Positions 49,798 through 60,508 of a stretch of DNA of 64,000 nt are shown here, one piece after another. Every line of letters begins with the position of its first letter. Within the stretch, counting starts at the first letter, position 1. The stretch covers positions 62,001 through 126,000 of the forward strand of contig CBFDEM010000035.1 in assembly GCA_965603825.1 (NCBI GenBank). The letters run 5' to 3'. The notes below the pieces were generated by a model. It was not told the origin of the DNA. It searched no databases and saw only the letters and a program-made list of their open reading frames with translations. Both the position numbers and the translations under genes were made by a program. This DNA comes from Blepharisma stoltei ATCC 30299 (lineage: Eukaryota > Protista > Ciliophora).

Positions 49798-51840
49798 CTA
49801 ATGAATAGTTTGACATATTAAACTTTTCATCAGTCTTATTTGCGACATAACCCCTTGCTTATCTTCTTCTTGTATTTTAAACTCAGTTATTGTTTCCTCA
49901 AAAATATCACAATAACAATTAAACTCTACCTCTGTTATTCCTTTCGCATAATGGGCTGCCCTTAACCTTCTCCTTAATTCCAAATTTAAATTCCCTTCAA
50001 TTATTTTAAACATTCCTACTACAATCATTTCAAAGCTTTCTATTTTAGAATCCTTAAAATGCCTATTCAAAATTTCACATGACAAAATTTTTTGATATAA
50101 AGCCACAATAAATTTATTCCAAAATTCAGCTCCGCCATATTTCCTGACTATACTTTGCTGCTTAACTCTGGCTATTTTTACATTGGTTTTCATTTGGTCA
50201 AAATTCTCGACAGCTTCTGCAAAATATTTTTTAATACAAAATTCATTGTCTGGGGTTTGAGTCTGATCAGTTGCTATAAAAGATCTTGATTCGCTTAAAG
50301 GTCGAGTTGAGTTTAATAGAGGATTATCTAAATCTGATGGCTTTTGGCTTGTGAAATGCTTGATATAGTAATTAATACCATCTTGTTTTCCTATGATAAA
50401 TGCACTTCGAGGGGAACGGATTCCACAAGGATGCTTTATTTTTTGATTAATTTTATTTAAGCGGTCAAGAAGCTCTTTTTCAGTCATTGATGTAGACCCA
50501 CTTCTTCTAGGGCGGCTTCTTATTTTAAATGGGCAGGACTGAGGACTCTCGAGCAAAGGACTTTGCTCTTCTGCCGTGAATTTTAAAGTTCTTTTTTCGG
50601 ATTCTGATCTCAGTTTTGGGTTGTCCTTATGAACTTCTATTTTTGGGGAAATTAGAGGATTTTTAGAAGTGTCAATCTTTATAGTAGGTTTTTTCGTTTT
50701 CAATTTTTGCAGTATAGCCTCCGTATAATACTCTCTGCTGTCCAATAAAAACCAAGTATTGTTCCTATCTTTTATAAAATCAATAACTATTCCTTTAAGC
50801 TTATTATTCTGGAACACCTGAGAATCCAAAAAATCAACAATTTCGCCAATCATGGCCTCGATTTCATTAATTACTGCTGAACTTTTACAAGCATAGCAGC
50901 TTTCTGTATTTCTTGTTAATACAAGATAATCCTCGGCTGATTCTTCTTGTCAGTGAGGGGAATAGCGATTTGTGGTAGGGCTGCATGAGTCTAGGTCTTT
51001 ATTTTTATATGATGTTAAAGAATTTTGCCTTTTTTTTCCGTATTGTCCAAATCACTTTAATGGGCAGACAGTTAGGTGTTTTCTTTTATTATTGCGGCCT
51101 TCAGGTAGAGGACTTAATTCATCTTCTGGTGATTGAGATATTACCATTGGGGAGTTAAGAAAAGCTGTGGATCTTTTATTAGGCCGTGGACGTCTAATAG
51201 TAGGATGTGAAGAATTGCTTTGTGATTTATGTAATTTTTTCCCTGCTTTTTTACGGTTACTAATAGTGTAATATTTATTTTTCATTCCTCTTCTCCACAA
51301 AACTCTTGTAATAGCAACTGGATTAGCTTTGCTTTGTATATAGCTCTGCATTACAGCAGAATTAAATGATGAGTTTCATATTTCTAAAGCATTTTCCTTT
51401 GAAAATACAGCTACAGGATTTTTCCCTGCAGTTTTATAGCAGAAAATAGGAAATTCACTCTCATCGTTTATTTCTCTAAAAAATTCTTCCTCTGAGCATT
51501 CCTGAGACTGGATGTATTTTTCTTTCTTTGTTTGCAGCATATACATTTTAGCCTCAAATCTCACAAGTGTTGTAGGGATATTCGCATAAATTTTTGAAGC
51601 ATTTGAGTATTTTGCTAACAAATTGAATAATCCTGGCTCTTTATTTGTTGATTTTGGTAATAAATTATTCAATCTTTTAATCATATTGTTGGATGTGACA
51701 TCAGGACTATAGGCTTGGCGAGTATAAGTGGATTCTGCGATTATATTTTTGAGATCCTCTCCAAAGTTAAATGGGATGCTTTTATTGGTAGAGATCTGAT
51801 GATAATCATTAAGATTCTCTAATATTTTTGGAAGATCCAT
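49798..51840 (-). CDS. Tandem paralogue (~680 aa): ATP-grasp-like region plus truncated haemoglobin
   Basis: Three in-frame ORFs joined by TGA; globin SIVRKYGG..LYQKIL..LNRHF..LRAAH..GITEVEF; aligns with 47474-49453. Confidence 0.8.
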
Positions 51841-52889
51841 TAATATTTAGTATTTAATTTTAGTCATAAAAATTCAAGAATCTAATAATAATTAATTTTA
51901 ATGCAAATGATTATTATGCTAATTCATTATATTATTTAATTTCTGTTAAGTAGTAAATTTATTTGTTTGATAAGTCTCAGGATAAGAATTTTATATTTTT
52001 GAATATAATAAAGCGCTTTGTTTATTTTTAATCTTATTTAATATGCCAAAGCATTTATAATCAATAAAAAAGAGATATGATAGGCTTTTAAACAGTTACT
52101 TAAGATATCGAAACATTTTCTATTCAAATAAAAAAACGGCTATAAAGCTATATGTGCCATTATAGCTCTAACTTTTAATAAGTGCAATTTGCTAGTTTTA
52201 TAGCTAATATTACTTTTAATGATTTCATCTCTTATAATTGCAAATAATATACAAGCTGAGGCTATTAAAGGCTTTTTAGTAGTTTTCTTCCTTATTAGCA
52301 AATTGAGAATTTTTTAAAATTAAACTTGTATGGGATCACAAATTATAATCTGGTTCTTCGATATTAAATAATGTTTAAAATATAGTTCATTGGTTTTGGC
52401 TTTTGAGCAAGAGGAGTAAAATTGTATTTAAGCTAGACAAGCTTAGTGCTTTAGATTCATTTGTGGAAATGTGCATAAGTAGTTGATTTATACTAGAATT
52501 ATTGAAAATTAGCCAGCATAGCTTTATAGATTATCTTCTTTTTAATGATATCGCTTTATTAAGAATTTACCATTTTTAGTTCTAATAATAATATTTTTGA
52601 ATGGGATCTTATTAGCTATAAATTTAATGATTTTTCTTAATGAAAATACAGTAAATAATCTAATTATTTATTTAATGAAAATACTCAGATAAATCGGGTA
52701 AACTTTTCTAATATAATTCAAATTATTTTCTAAGTAATTGAGATCATGAAATTACTATCCATTAAAAATATTTATCTATTCTTTTCACTATTAATTTAAA
52801 TCAATAGCTGGGAGTCTTGAGATTCCGAAAGCTATTATATGATCAATATTAGGCCGAATTACTAAAATCATGGTGTAATTTAATTAAGG

Positions 52890-53549
52890 ATGATGAAAAG
52901 AAGCCGTTCGGAAGCCGATTCATATTTAGACCATGACCAACGCCAAAAGATTTTCTCTGACGAAAATATAAATTTCCCTATGAATTCGTTCTCCAATCTT
53001 CAATCCTCACATATTGATCTCAAAGAATCAATAAGTTCCTGTACAAAAACAAATAAAAACAGATGGTCAATTGACGAAGACTTCTTATTACTTCACCTCT
53101 ACATAGAGCATGGGGCGAAATGGGTCTTTATTGCTTCTCAGTTAAAAAATAGAGCTCCAACCTCAATAAAGAATCACTTTTATTTATTGAGAAATCGCAT
53201 GACATTAGAAGAAGCAGAATGAATGAAAAACCAAATTCGAGTAAACAGAATTAAAAGAAATTTTGATACAAATAATGAGAAAGTCAGCTTAACTACAAAT
53301 GAAGTTAAAGATGAACAAAATGATAATTCCCTTATTGTGTCACGAGCTATAAGAATATGGAGTGATGATATTGTTTTAGCTAAAGTTTATGATGTGAAGG
53401 ATAACAACAAAAATTTCTCAATTGAAAATGATAAAGCGTGGGCAAAAATTTGTGAATTAAGAATCAAAGAAGCCTTTTTGGAGAATCAGCTTTTGGAAAA
53501 GAAGAGGGAATTAAGCGAATTCAAAACAGAGCATGGTATTATAGACTAA
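52890..53549 (+). CDS. Myb/SANT-domain protein
   Basis: RWSIDEDFLLLHLYIEHGAKWVFIASQLKNRAPTSIKNHFY; joined via TGA53220. Confidence 0.9.
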
Positions 53550-54133
53550 GTATTTCTTTACATGATTTTCTGTATAAAATGTCTATAGTATTTCGATTTT
53601 CAATAAAATTATACAGATTACGATTTTTATAAATTTTCTTAAGTCAAGACAAACCATTATAAAATACATAATTAATTAAAACGGGATCAAAATTATCCCA
53701 TAACCAAAAAAATCTCATGATAAAAAATTTATAGTTAAAACCCAATTTATTAATTTTAGCAATCAATAGAGGTAGACTTAAATTCAAACAAATAAAAATC
53801 CTTAATGAATATTTAGCCAGCAACTAGAATTTAACCATAACAAAATCACTATAAGGACAAAGAGGTTAATATAAGATAAGCTTTATAGTAATCCTCTAGG
53901 AAATCAGCTCCTAAATGCATTAACTATACTCACTAAATTATTTATTCAGAATTTTTTATATATTTCTCGTTTTATACTTCTTGAATACTATTCTAGTTAA
54001 ATTTCTGTTGGGATCCTTATATTCCAATTAATTAGCCTATAATTTTTACTTTAAAAATGCTGACAACAGATTTATGTCCATAATGCCAGTATGGCATATT
54101 TTAAGTCAACTTCTCTTTTTGTGTAATTAAACT

Positions 54134-54532
54134 ATGGAAGAGTTCAGATGCAGCTACCCTGGCTGCGATCATCGATACAGCACTAAATTTAACTTAAATC
54201 GTCACGTCAAAGTCTGCCACGTTGGGGTTAGATTTGAATGTGATGAGTGCGATAGAAAATTATCATCGGCCCAGAACCTGCAAGATCACATGTACGTCCA
54301 CACAGGAGAAAAGCCTTATGCGTGCAAGGCGAGAGGATGCAAAAAAAGATATCGTCAAATTAGTCAATTGTCAGTTCACAGGAAAAAGCATAGAGCAAAT
54401 AAGGCCAAAATGGAGGACCTGTTTGTGGAGTTGAAAATCAAGATTTTCATTGATGATAAATGTGAAGATTATAAGATCCCATTAGGACCTTTTACCGCAG
54501 AAAATAGCATACTACCACCGCTACTGATATAA
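54134..54532 (+). CDS. Three-finger C2H2 zinc-finger protein
   Basis: CSYPGC..H..H, CDEC..H..HTGEKPY, CKARGC..H..H. Confidence 0.92.
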   Translation: MEEFRCSYPGCDHRYSTKFNLNRHVKVCHVGVRFECDECDRKLSSAQNLQDHMYVHTGEKPYACKARGCKKRYRQISQLSVHRKKHRANKAKMEDLFVELKIKIFIDDKCEDYKIPLGPFTAENSILPPLLI

Positions 54533-54726
54533 AATTATTATTATTTTCTTAAAAAAACAACTGGAGTTATTTTATTAATTTTATAGGAAAAAACCAAAAT
54601 TTTATATTTTTTTGAATAGTGTTTTTTAGATGTTTTGAAGAAAGGCATACAAAAACTAAAAAATTAGCTGAAGTGAGCAAACTATTTAGGAAACTTAATT
54701 ATAGGTGCAAGATGAGCCATTAAATT

Positions 54727-55140
54727 CTAAAACTTCGTATTTTTTAATTTAAAATAAATTTGACCCAAGACTTTTGTTGCTAAATCATAATCATTATATA
54801 AAGCTGTATTTTGTTCTGTTAAATCTTCATTTATTTTAAAATACAACATAAAAGTATAAATAAATCCTTTGCAAAATAATTTTGTCGTTAAAATTGCTTC
54901 GTTTGAGCTTTTCCAGTACTGAAGTGAGCTGCCTTTAAAAACAAGTAAAAAATTGTAATCATCATGCACAAATGTGTTTTGATTTTCAAAATTTTCATAA
55001 AAAGCTCTAACAAGACTCAATTTTGGGAGATGCTGCGTAGTAGAAATGACTATTATTGGCTGCAAATAATGATAAATTCACCCTGCTGGAAGATTTGCAG
55101 AGATCGCTGATTTTATTATCGGTTCAAGCTTTTCTCCCAT
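54727..55140 (-). CDS. Hypothetical protein (137 aa)
   Basis: ATG 55140 in frame through one TGA with ORF 54727-55065. Confidence 0.55.
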
Positions 55141-55213
55141 ATTATTAAATTTCTTATTAAATTTCCCATTTAAATGATATTTCCCTACTTCCTATCAATT
55201 TATTTATATCTGC

Positions 55214-56170
55214 ATGAAAATTATGGTAACAAATGCTGCTATGAATCAAACTTTGCCAAAATTAGACAAAGCCAGGTCAACTAAAAACAATGCAAACTAC
55301 ATAAAAGACATTTACACTTCCCTTGAGAAGAGAAACCTAAAAAATCCTTTATTTGAAGTCCAAAACAAATCTTTAGAACAATTATGTACAAATGCAAAAA
55401 AGGAATGGGAAGAAGAAAAATCCCAAATCGCGAATTTTAAGCGGCAAAAGAAAAGTTTTAGCCAAATAATTACCCCAAATGTCGCTATTTGTAAATTAAA
55501 CCGGGAAATGGATAATATGACTCCCCAGCAATTGAAATCGTTTGATGTGAATGAAAAATTTAAAACCCCAATTATTAATTACAAAAACAGCATGATAAGA
55601 TATAATACGTCTGAATCAAATTTGCTGCCTAAAGCATTTCTAACGCTATCATTTATTCCTCAGTTTGAGGCTACTTTTAATAGACCAAAACTAAAAAAAC
55701 ATAAAGAAATAATTAATTGTACATCATTTCCTGAACCAATTAAGCCTATATATCATTTACAAAGATCAGACAGCTATTTAGCGAATTTAAAGATAAAAAA
55801 AGAAAAAAATTATTCTAATTTGGGACAGTCACAATCACTGAATACATCAGCAGATGATATAGAGGAAAAGCAAAATCCTTATGTACCATATAGTTTTTCT
55901 CGGCCAAATACCAAACTTTTGCGTAAAAAATACGACAATTTCTCAAGAAAAAATACTAAAATAGCAGAAAGTTCTTTTCTTTTAGAAGAAAGTGACAATT
56001 CATGTGAAATTGATTCAAAAATTGAAGGCTGAGATAATCATAATTCGACCTTTGATATAGGCTCAGATTTTAAGATGTCAAAACTTCCTCCGCATAGAAT
56101 GGCGATAGAGAATAATATTTTTTCAAAAATCAGAAGAAAAAGAAAAAGACTAAAGCAGCTTATTGCGTAA
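55214..56170 (+). CDS. Hypothetical basic protein
   Basis: ORF 55214-56032 extended via TGA to TAA 56168-56170. Confidence 0.7.
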
Positions 56171-56514
56171 AATTGATGTAATTTCAAGAAATTTAATATT
56201 AAAATTAAATTTTATAAAAAAATGCATAAGAGGTTGCTTTTTAATTTTCGAAAATGGTGTGATGTCATTTTGCACTGAAAAAGATAAGCGTTTTTTAATT
56301 ATGCCAATGGAATTTAAAGTTAAAATTATAATAATACATAAAAATGCCATCTTAAAAATCCCAATCTGCTAAATAATATCTTTAATAGACTTAACACATG
56401 CAACAGTCTCTATTAAGTTAGCAGAGGCCATACCCTTATAATACCTATATAAATTTTTGCTAGATTTTTAATTATTGCTGATAATTTTACACCTTATTTT
56501 TGTCGAATAAAATA

Positions 56515-58527
56515 ATGTTTATTTTATTGGCTCTCAGCCTTGCTGCCTTTGTAAACGCCTACCCTCCCCTTGCAATGACTTACTTGTGGCATCTAGATCA
56601 GCCGATCTATTGGCCAGCCCAAAGCCGTATCTACTCTCGTACCTACCAATTCGCCATGGAGTCGATTCAGTTGAAGAACCAACAGAACGGCCACCCTCAG
56701 AACAATTTAGAAGACATTTTTGGCTCTGACGACCGTAAAGCGATTTATCAATACCGTGCTAAAGATTCTTTAAATACTGTCTCCCAGTCAAGCGCTCCAA
56801 AATTTGGGGCTCAGCTAACTTACCCTGGAGAGCTGGTTGAAAATGTTCAATCTCTCGCCCAAAATTATTACTTAGGCTACTATCAAAATTGGCAGACCGC
56901 CTATCAACAAGCCAGCAAACAAACCACTCTCTCAGGCTTCCCAAGGCTTGACATCATTGGTTTCCCTTACCATCATACTTTAGCACCGCTAACTGATAGA
57001 AACGGCTTTGAAATGGAAGTAGCAATCCAACAAGTAATTAACCAAAATTGGTGGGGCACTAAAAGTGAAGGCTTTTTCCCGTCAGAAATGGCGTTTTCTG
57101 AGACTTTGATCCCAAGTCTTGTCAAAGCTGGCTATAAATATGTTGTTGTGTCTAATTTACATATTTCTAGAGCTGTTAAAAATTACCCTTATTCTAAAAG
57201 TGGGGATAATAACACTCCGCCAAACCAGGCAGACCAAGTAAACCCAGCCCAAGATAAATGGTTCACCATGAGTGTATCTAGAGGCTGCTCCCCTACCAAT
57301 TGTTACCCTTATTCCTATGTCCCACATTATGCCAAATTTGTCGACCCAGATACTGAGCAGGAATATAAAATTATTGTAGTCCCCAGTGACCAAGCTATGT
57401 CCTGGCAAGACGGCTATGCCTGTTACTCTACCAATGAAATGAACAAGATTGCAGGGACTGGTGACAAGCCAATTTTTATAGTCCTAGCCCATGATGGAGA
57501 TAACGCCTTTGGAGGTGGCTACAGCTATTATCAAGAATGTGTCCCTAACCTAGTAAACCAATGCCTTAATTCAGGCTATGAGCCTACCACCATTAGTCAG
57601 TATTTGCACGATTATCCTATTGATGCAAATGATATTGTCCATGTCGAAGATGGAGCTTGGATCAATGCAGACGGGGATTTTGGAGACCCAACCTTTGTAA
57701 ACTGGAACTGGCCTTTGTTTTCTGCTAATGGGACTTTTGATATTCCTAATGGATGGTCTGATAAGCAAAGAACTTATGCAATAGCGACTGCAACGCAGAA
57801 TTGGGTCGATACTGCAGAATTGGTATATGGGAAATCAAGACCAAGCCAAGTACAAAATCCTGATAATTCAGCTACACCAGCAGAACTTGGGTATCACTTT
57901 ATGCTGGCGTCACTGAATTCTGGGTTTGTGTATTATGGGACTAACACTCTTGATATGTGCTTGAAAACTACAGTAGGGTGCAATATTGCATATAATTATA
58001 TTTCGCAAGCAATTGGGACAACTCCGAGTGACTCGGCTTCGCCAACTATTTGGAGACCTTATAGGATGCCTTATAATCCAGGTGGATATCAGATGGGTGT
58101 GCTTTCTAAATATCAATATGTGAAACAGCCAACTGATTTTTATGTATACACCTTTGTGTATGATGTTAGTGGGCTAAAGAGAGTACAATTATTCGTCAGG
58201 ACGGACAACGACGGAATTAACCCAACCTCTGAGAACTACAACGACATCTATAGATGTGATAACAACTACGTCAGTGACTGGACTGTACTAGATATGACTG
58301 AAAGAGACTTCCCGCCTGGAAACCCATATAACTGGAGTGGAAGCTGCTTTGGAAATCTCCAAGAACTTCCTATTGTTATTGCTGACGAGTACTGGGTTTA
58401 CGTCAAAGGTTACCAAAATGTGCTTCTGGATTACTATATTGAAGCAGAAGACAGCCATGGGCACATAAAGAGGTCTGATATCTTCCACGTCTGGGTTGGA
58501 AATAACACTCAGACAGTAAGTGAATAA
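56515..58527 (+). CDS. Secreted glycoside hydrolase family 57 (alpha-glucan-active) protein
   Basis: Signal peptide MFILLALSLAAFVNA; WHLDQPIY (first GH57 motif), YHHTLAPL, GFFPSEMAF (nucleophile Glu), LAHDGDN (acid/base Asp). Confidence 0.8.
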   Translation: MFILLALSLAAFVNAYPPLAMTYLWHLDQPIYWPAQSRIYSRTYQFAMESIQLKNQQNGHPQNNLEDIFGSDDRKAIYQYRAKDSLNTVSQSSAPKFGAQLTYPGELVENVQSLAQNYYLGYYQNWQTAYQQASKQTTLSGFPRLDIIGFPYHHTLAPLTDRNGFEMEVAIQQVINQNWWGTKSEGFFPSEMAFSETLIPSLVKAGYKYVVVSNLHISRAVKNYPYSKSGDNNTPPNQADQVNPAQDKWFTMSVSRGCSPTNCYPYSYVPHYAKFVDPDTEQEYKIIVVPSDQAMSWQDGYACYSTNEMNKIAGTGDKPIFIVLAHDGDNAFGGGYSYYQECVPNLVNQCLNSGYEPTTISQYLHDYPIDANDIVHVEDGAWINADGDFGDPTFVNWNWPLFSANGTFDIPNGWSDKQRTYAIATATQNWVDTAELVYGKSRPSQVQNPDNSATPAELGYHFMLASLNSGFVYYGTNTLDMCLKTTVGCNIAYNYISQAIGTTPSDSASPTIWRPYRMPYNPGGYQMGVLSKYQYVKQPTDFYVYTFVYDVSGLKRVQLFVRTDNDGINPTSENYNDIYRCDNNYVSDWTVLDMTERDFPPGNPYNWSGSCFGNLQELPIVIADEYWVYVKGYQNVLLDYYIEAEDSHGHIKRSDIFHVWVGNNTQTVSE

Positions 58528-58629
58528 GCGTTAAGCTAATCATTCTCATAAATTATGGTAAAATCAAGTAAAAAACCAAGCTCCGATTTCCCTTTTAATT
58601 TTTAAATTTAACTATCAAAAGAGTTTAGC

Positions 58630-59253
58630 TTAATTCCCACTGCTTATGGCTTGGAAGAAACTGGTCCATCCGGCAACAGTCGTAATATTATAAGCATCAG
58701 GGACCCATACGCCGTTCAACAAATAGCTTGGAGTGCCAGGAATGTTTCTCGAAGCTCCGAATTTCCATGAAACTCTTGCTTTGGTATTAAAGTCTTGGTT
58801 CGACAAGGCCTGAGTAACTTGATTTATTGGTAGCCCTGTTGATTGTGAGGTAAATTGCGCAATTTTATTATTTGCAGTATAAAAATCGTAGCTGGCAGTG
58901 TTATTAGTAAAGGATTGTTGGTGCTGGAACCAATAGTAAACCCAGTCAAGGTATCTTTCGGATTTCTTTTCTAAAACAAATTTTCCAGCCTGCGAGACAG
59001 GGAATGAGAAAGTGTTGTAAGACATTGGAGACTGGTGGATTATTAGCTCGAGCCAGTGCTGGTTCTGAGTGTAATACTGAATTAAGGCTGGGAAGGCTGC
59101 GGCAGATTTAGGACACAATAGGTCAATAAATGTTTCTAAGGTGTAATTGCTATGTGCTGGACCAAGGTAATAGCCGTCATAATATTTTGGAATTGGGACA
59201 ACTTGAATAGCAGAAGCTAAGGAGAGCACTAGAACTCCTAAAAGGATCTTCAT
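58630..59253 (-). CDS. Secreted DsbA-like thioredoxin-fold protein (CxxS)
   Basis: Signal peptide, ETFIDLLCPKS, IPGTPSYLLNG (cis-Pro loop). Confidence 0.8.
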   Translation of the reverse strand: MKILLGVLVLSLASAIQVVPIPKYYDGYYLGPAHSNYTLETFIDLLCPKSAAAFPALIQYYTQNQHWLELIIHQSPMSYNTFSFPVSQAGKFVLEKKSERYLDWVYYWFQHQQSFTNNTASYDFYTANNKIAQFTSQSTGLPINQVTQALSNQDFNTKARVSWKFGASRNIPGTPSYLLNGVWVPDAYNITTVAGWTSFFQAISSGN

Positions 59254-59315
59254 ATTTGTTTCCCCATGAATATGGGAGAAAGCTAATTAGTGATTATGTG
59301 GATTATTTAAGAATT

Positions 59316-59684
59316 TTAATTGTTTTTGGCGTTTATAGCTTCAATTTTTTTACGAAGACGCAATGTCCCATACACCACAGCCCAATTCACAAAATTGAAA
59401 AAAGATGAATAAAAATTGCGACCTTTTCTCCATTCTCTAGCTTTTGCTTCAAGTCTGATTGCAACAGTTTCTCCGACAATATGATCTTCTTCTAGATAGA
59501 AAAATGCTGCGTAAATAGTAAATACCACAAGTGATGCAATGAAAAATCCTGTGAAAATTTGAGGATTGAGTCTTTGTATGTAAAGCTTGAGAAACCTAGG
59601 GAAAGGAAAGAGGAGAAGGGAATTTATGAGGAGTGATAGTGGAATGGAAAACCAAACCAAGAATATCATGCCTAGATCTTGCAT
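59316..59684 (-). CDS. BAP29/BAP31-like ER membrane protein (short)
   Basis: Three TM segments, LLLFPFP, WRKGRNFY (compare R.QRN.Y), K-rich C-terminus. Confidence 0.65.
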   Translation of the reverse strand: MQDLGMIFLVWFSIPLSLLINSLLLFPFPRFLKLYIQRLNPQIFTGFFIASLVVFTIYAAFFYLEEDHIVGETVAIRLEAKAREWRKGRNFYSSFFNFVNWAVVYGTLRLRKKIEAINAKNN

Positions 59685-59826
59685 ATTTTTATTATTTATT
59701 TTGATTAGCCTCATTTATATGAGAGATTGGATTAAGTATGTGCAAAAATCAATAAATTAAGGTTGCTGATCACTTAGGATGTAATCACTCCAAGTCGACC
59801 TTACAGTAAAAATCATTTCAGTTCTG

Positions 59827-60048
59827 ATGCCAAAACCACACTTCTGCCCGACTAGTCATGATAAAGAAAATAATCGAGCGAGAGAAGAGCCATTACAATA
59901 TTTGAAGAACTTCAGCGATGAAGGGAATAAGAATATAAAAGCTTGGGTTCCAACCAGATATTTAAATGCAGCAAAAGCTACTGAGGCATTCAGCCTCTGA
60001 GTAAATATAAGATATACAAGACTTTTTTGCTATTATGCAAAAGTCTAG
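59827..60048 (+). CDS. Possible small hypothetical protein (73 aa)
   Basis: Open only with TGA=Trp; GC higher than flanks; no recognisable motif. Confidence 0.3.
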
Positions 60049-60508
60049 TAACAGAGTTATTTGCTAGATAATTTTCCCAAAAATTAATCAATTCAAGAAA
60101 ATTGAATCTGAATATAGGAATATATATCAAATTAAGAATATTATTATTATTATTGAATTGATTATTAGCATCCTTAGCTATATTTTATATTTTAAAGCCT
60201 TTTTGTTAAAAAAAGCTTTTTCATCTCATTATCTTTTACAAGCAACTTGTCACTTTTTTTCAACCTCATTATAAAAATATGCTTTTCCTTTTTAAATTTC
60301 AAAAAATTTTCCAATTTTGAAACCCATCTTTATCTAATTTAATCTAACAACCTTATAATAAATGATTTTTTAACAAAAATTTCAAAAATTGGTTATAAAA
60401 TGAACTCAAACTGTAAAGCATCCTCAAAACTCTCAAATCTTATCTTAAAACTTACAGAAGCCACCATTTTAAAAATGTCAGCATAACCATTTTGAGTGAA
60501 GCTTTAAA

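Noticed and set aside
364-56170. Many short adjacent ORFs read as operons, split genes or pseudogenes
   Set aside because: They are in one frame and separated only by TGA at Trp positions, so they are single genes under UGA=Trp
364-56170. In-frame TGA as selenocysteine
   Set aside because: Positions align to Trp rather than Cys, are too numerous, and 3'UTRs are too short for SECIS elements
56150-56372. Overlapping 66 and 69 aa ORFs on both strands
   Set aside because: Low-complexity spacer between two genes; no support
59259-59281. Hairpin TTTC-CCCAT-GAAT-ATGGG-A-GAAA just upstream of the DsbA-like ATG
   Set aside because: A 9-bp bulged stem is within chance expectation; no ncRNA features
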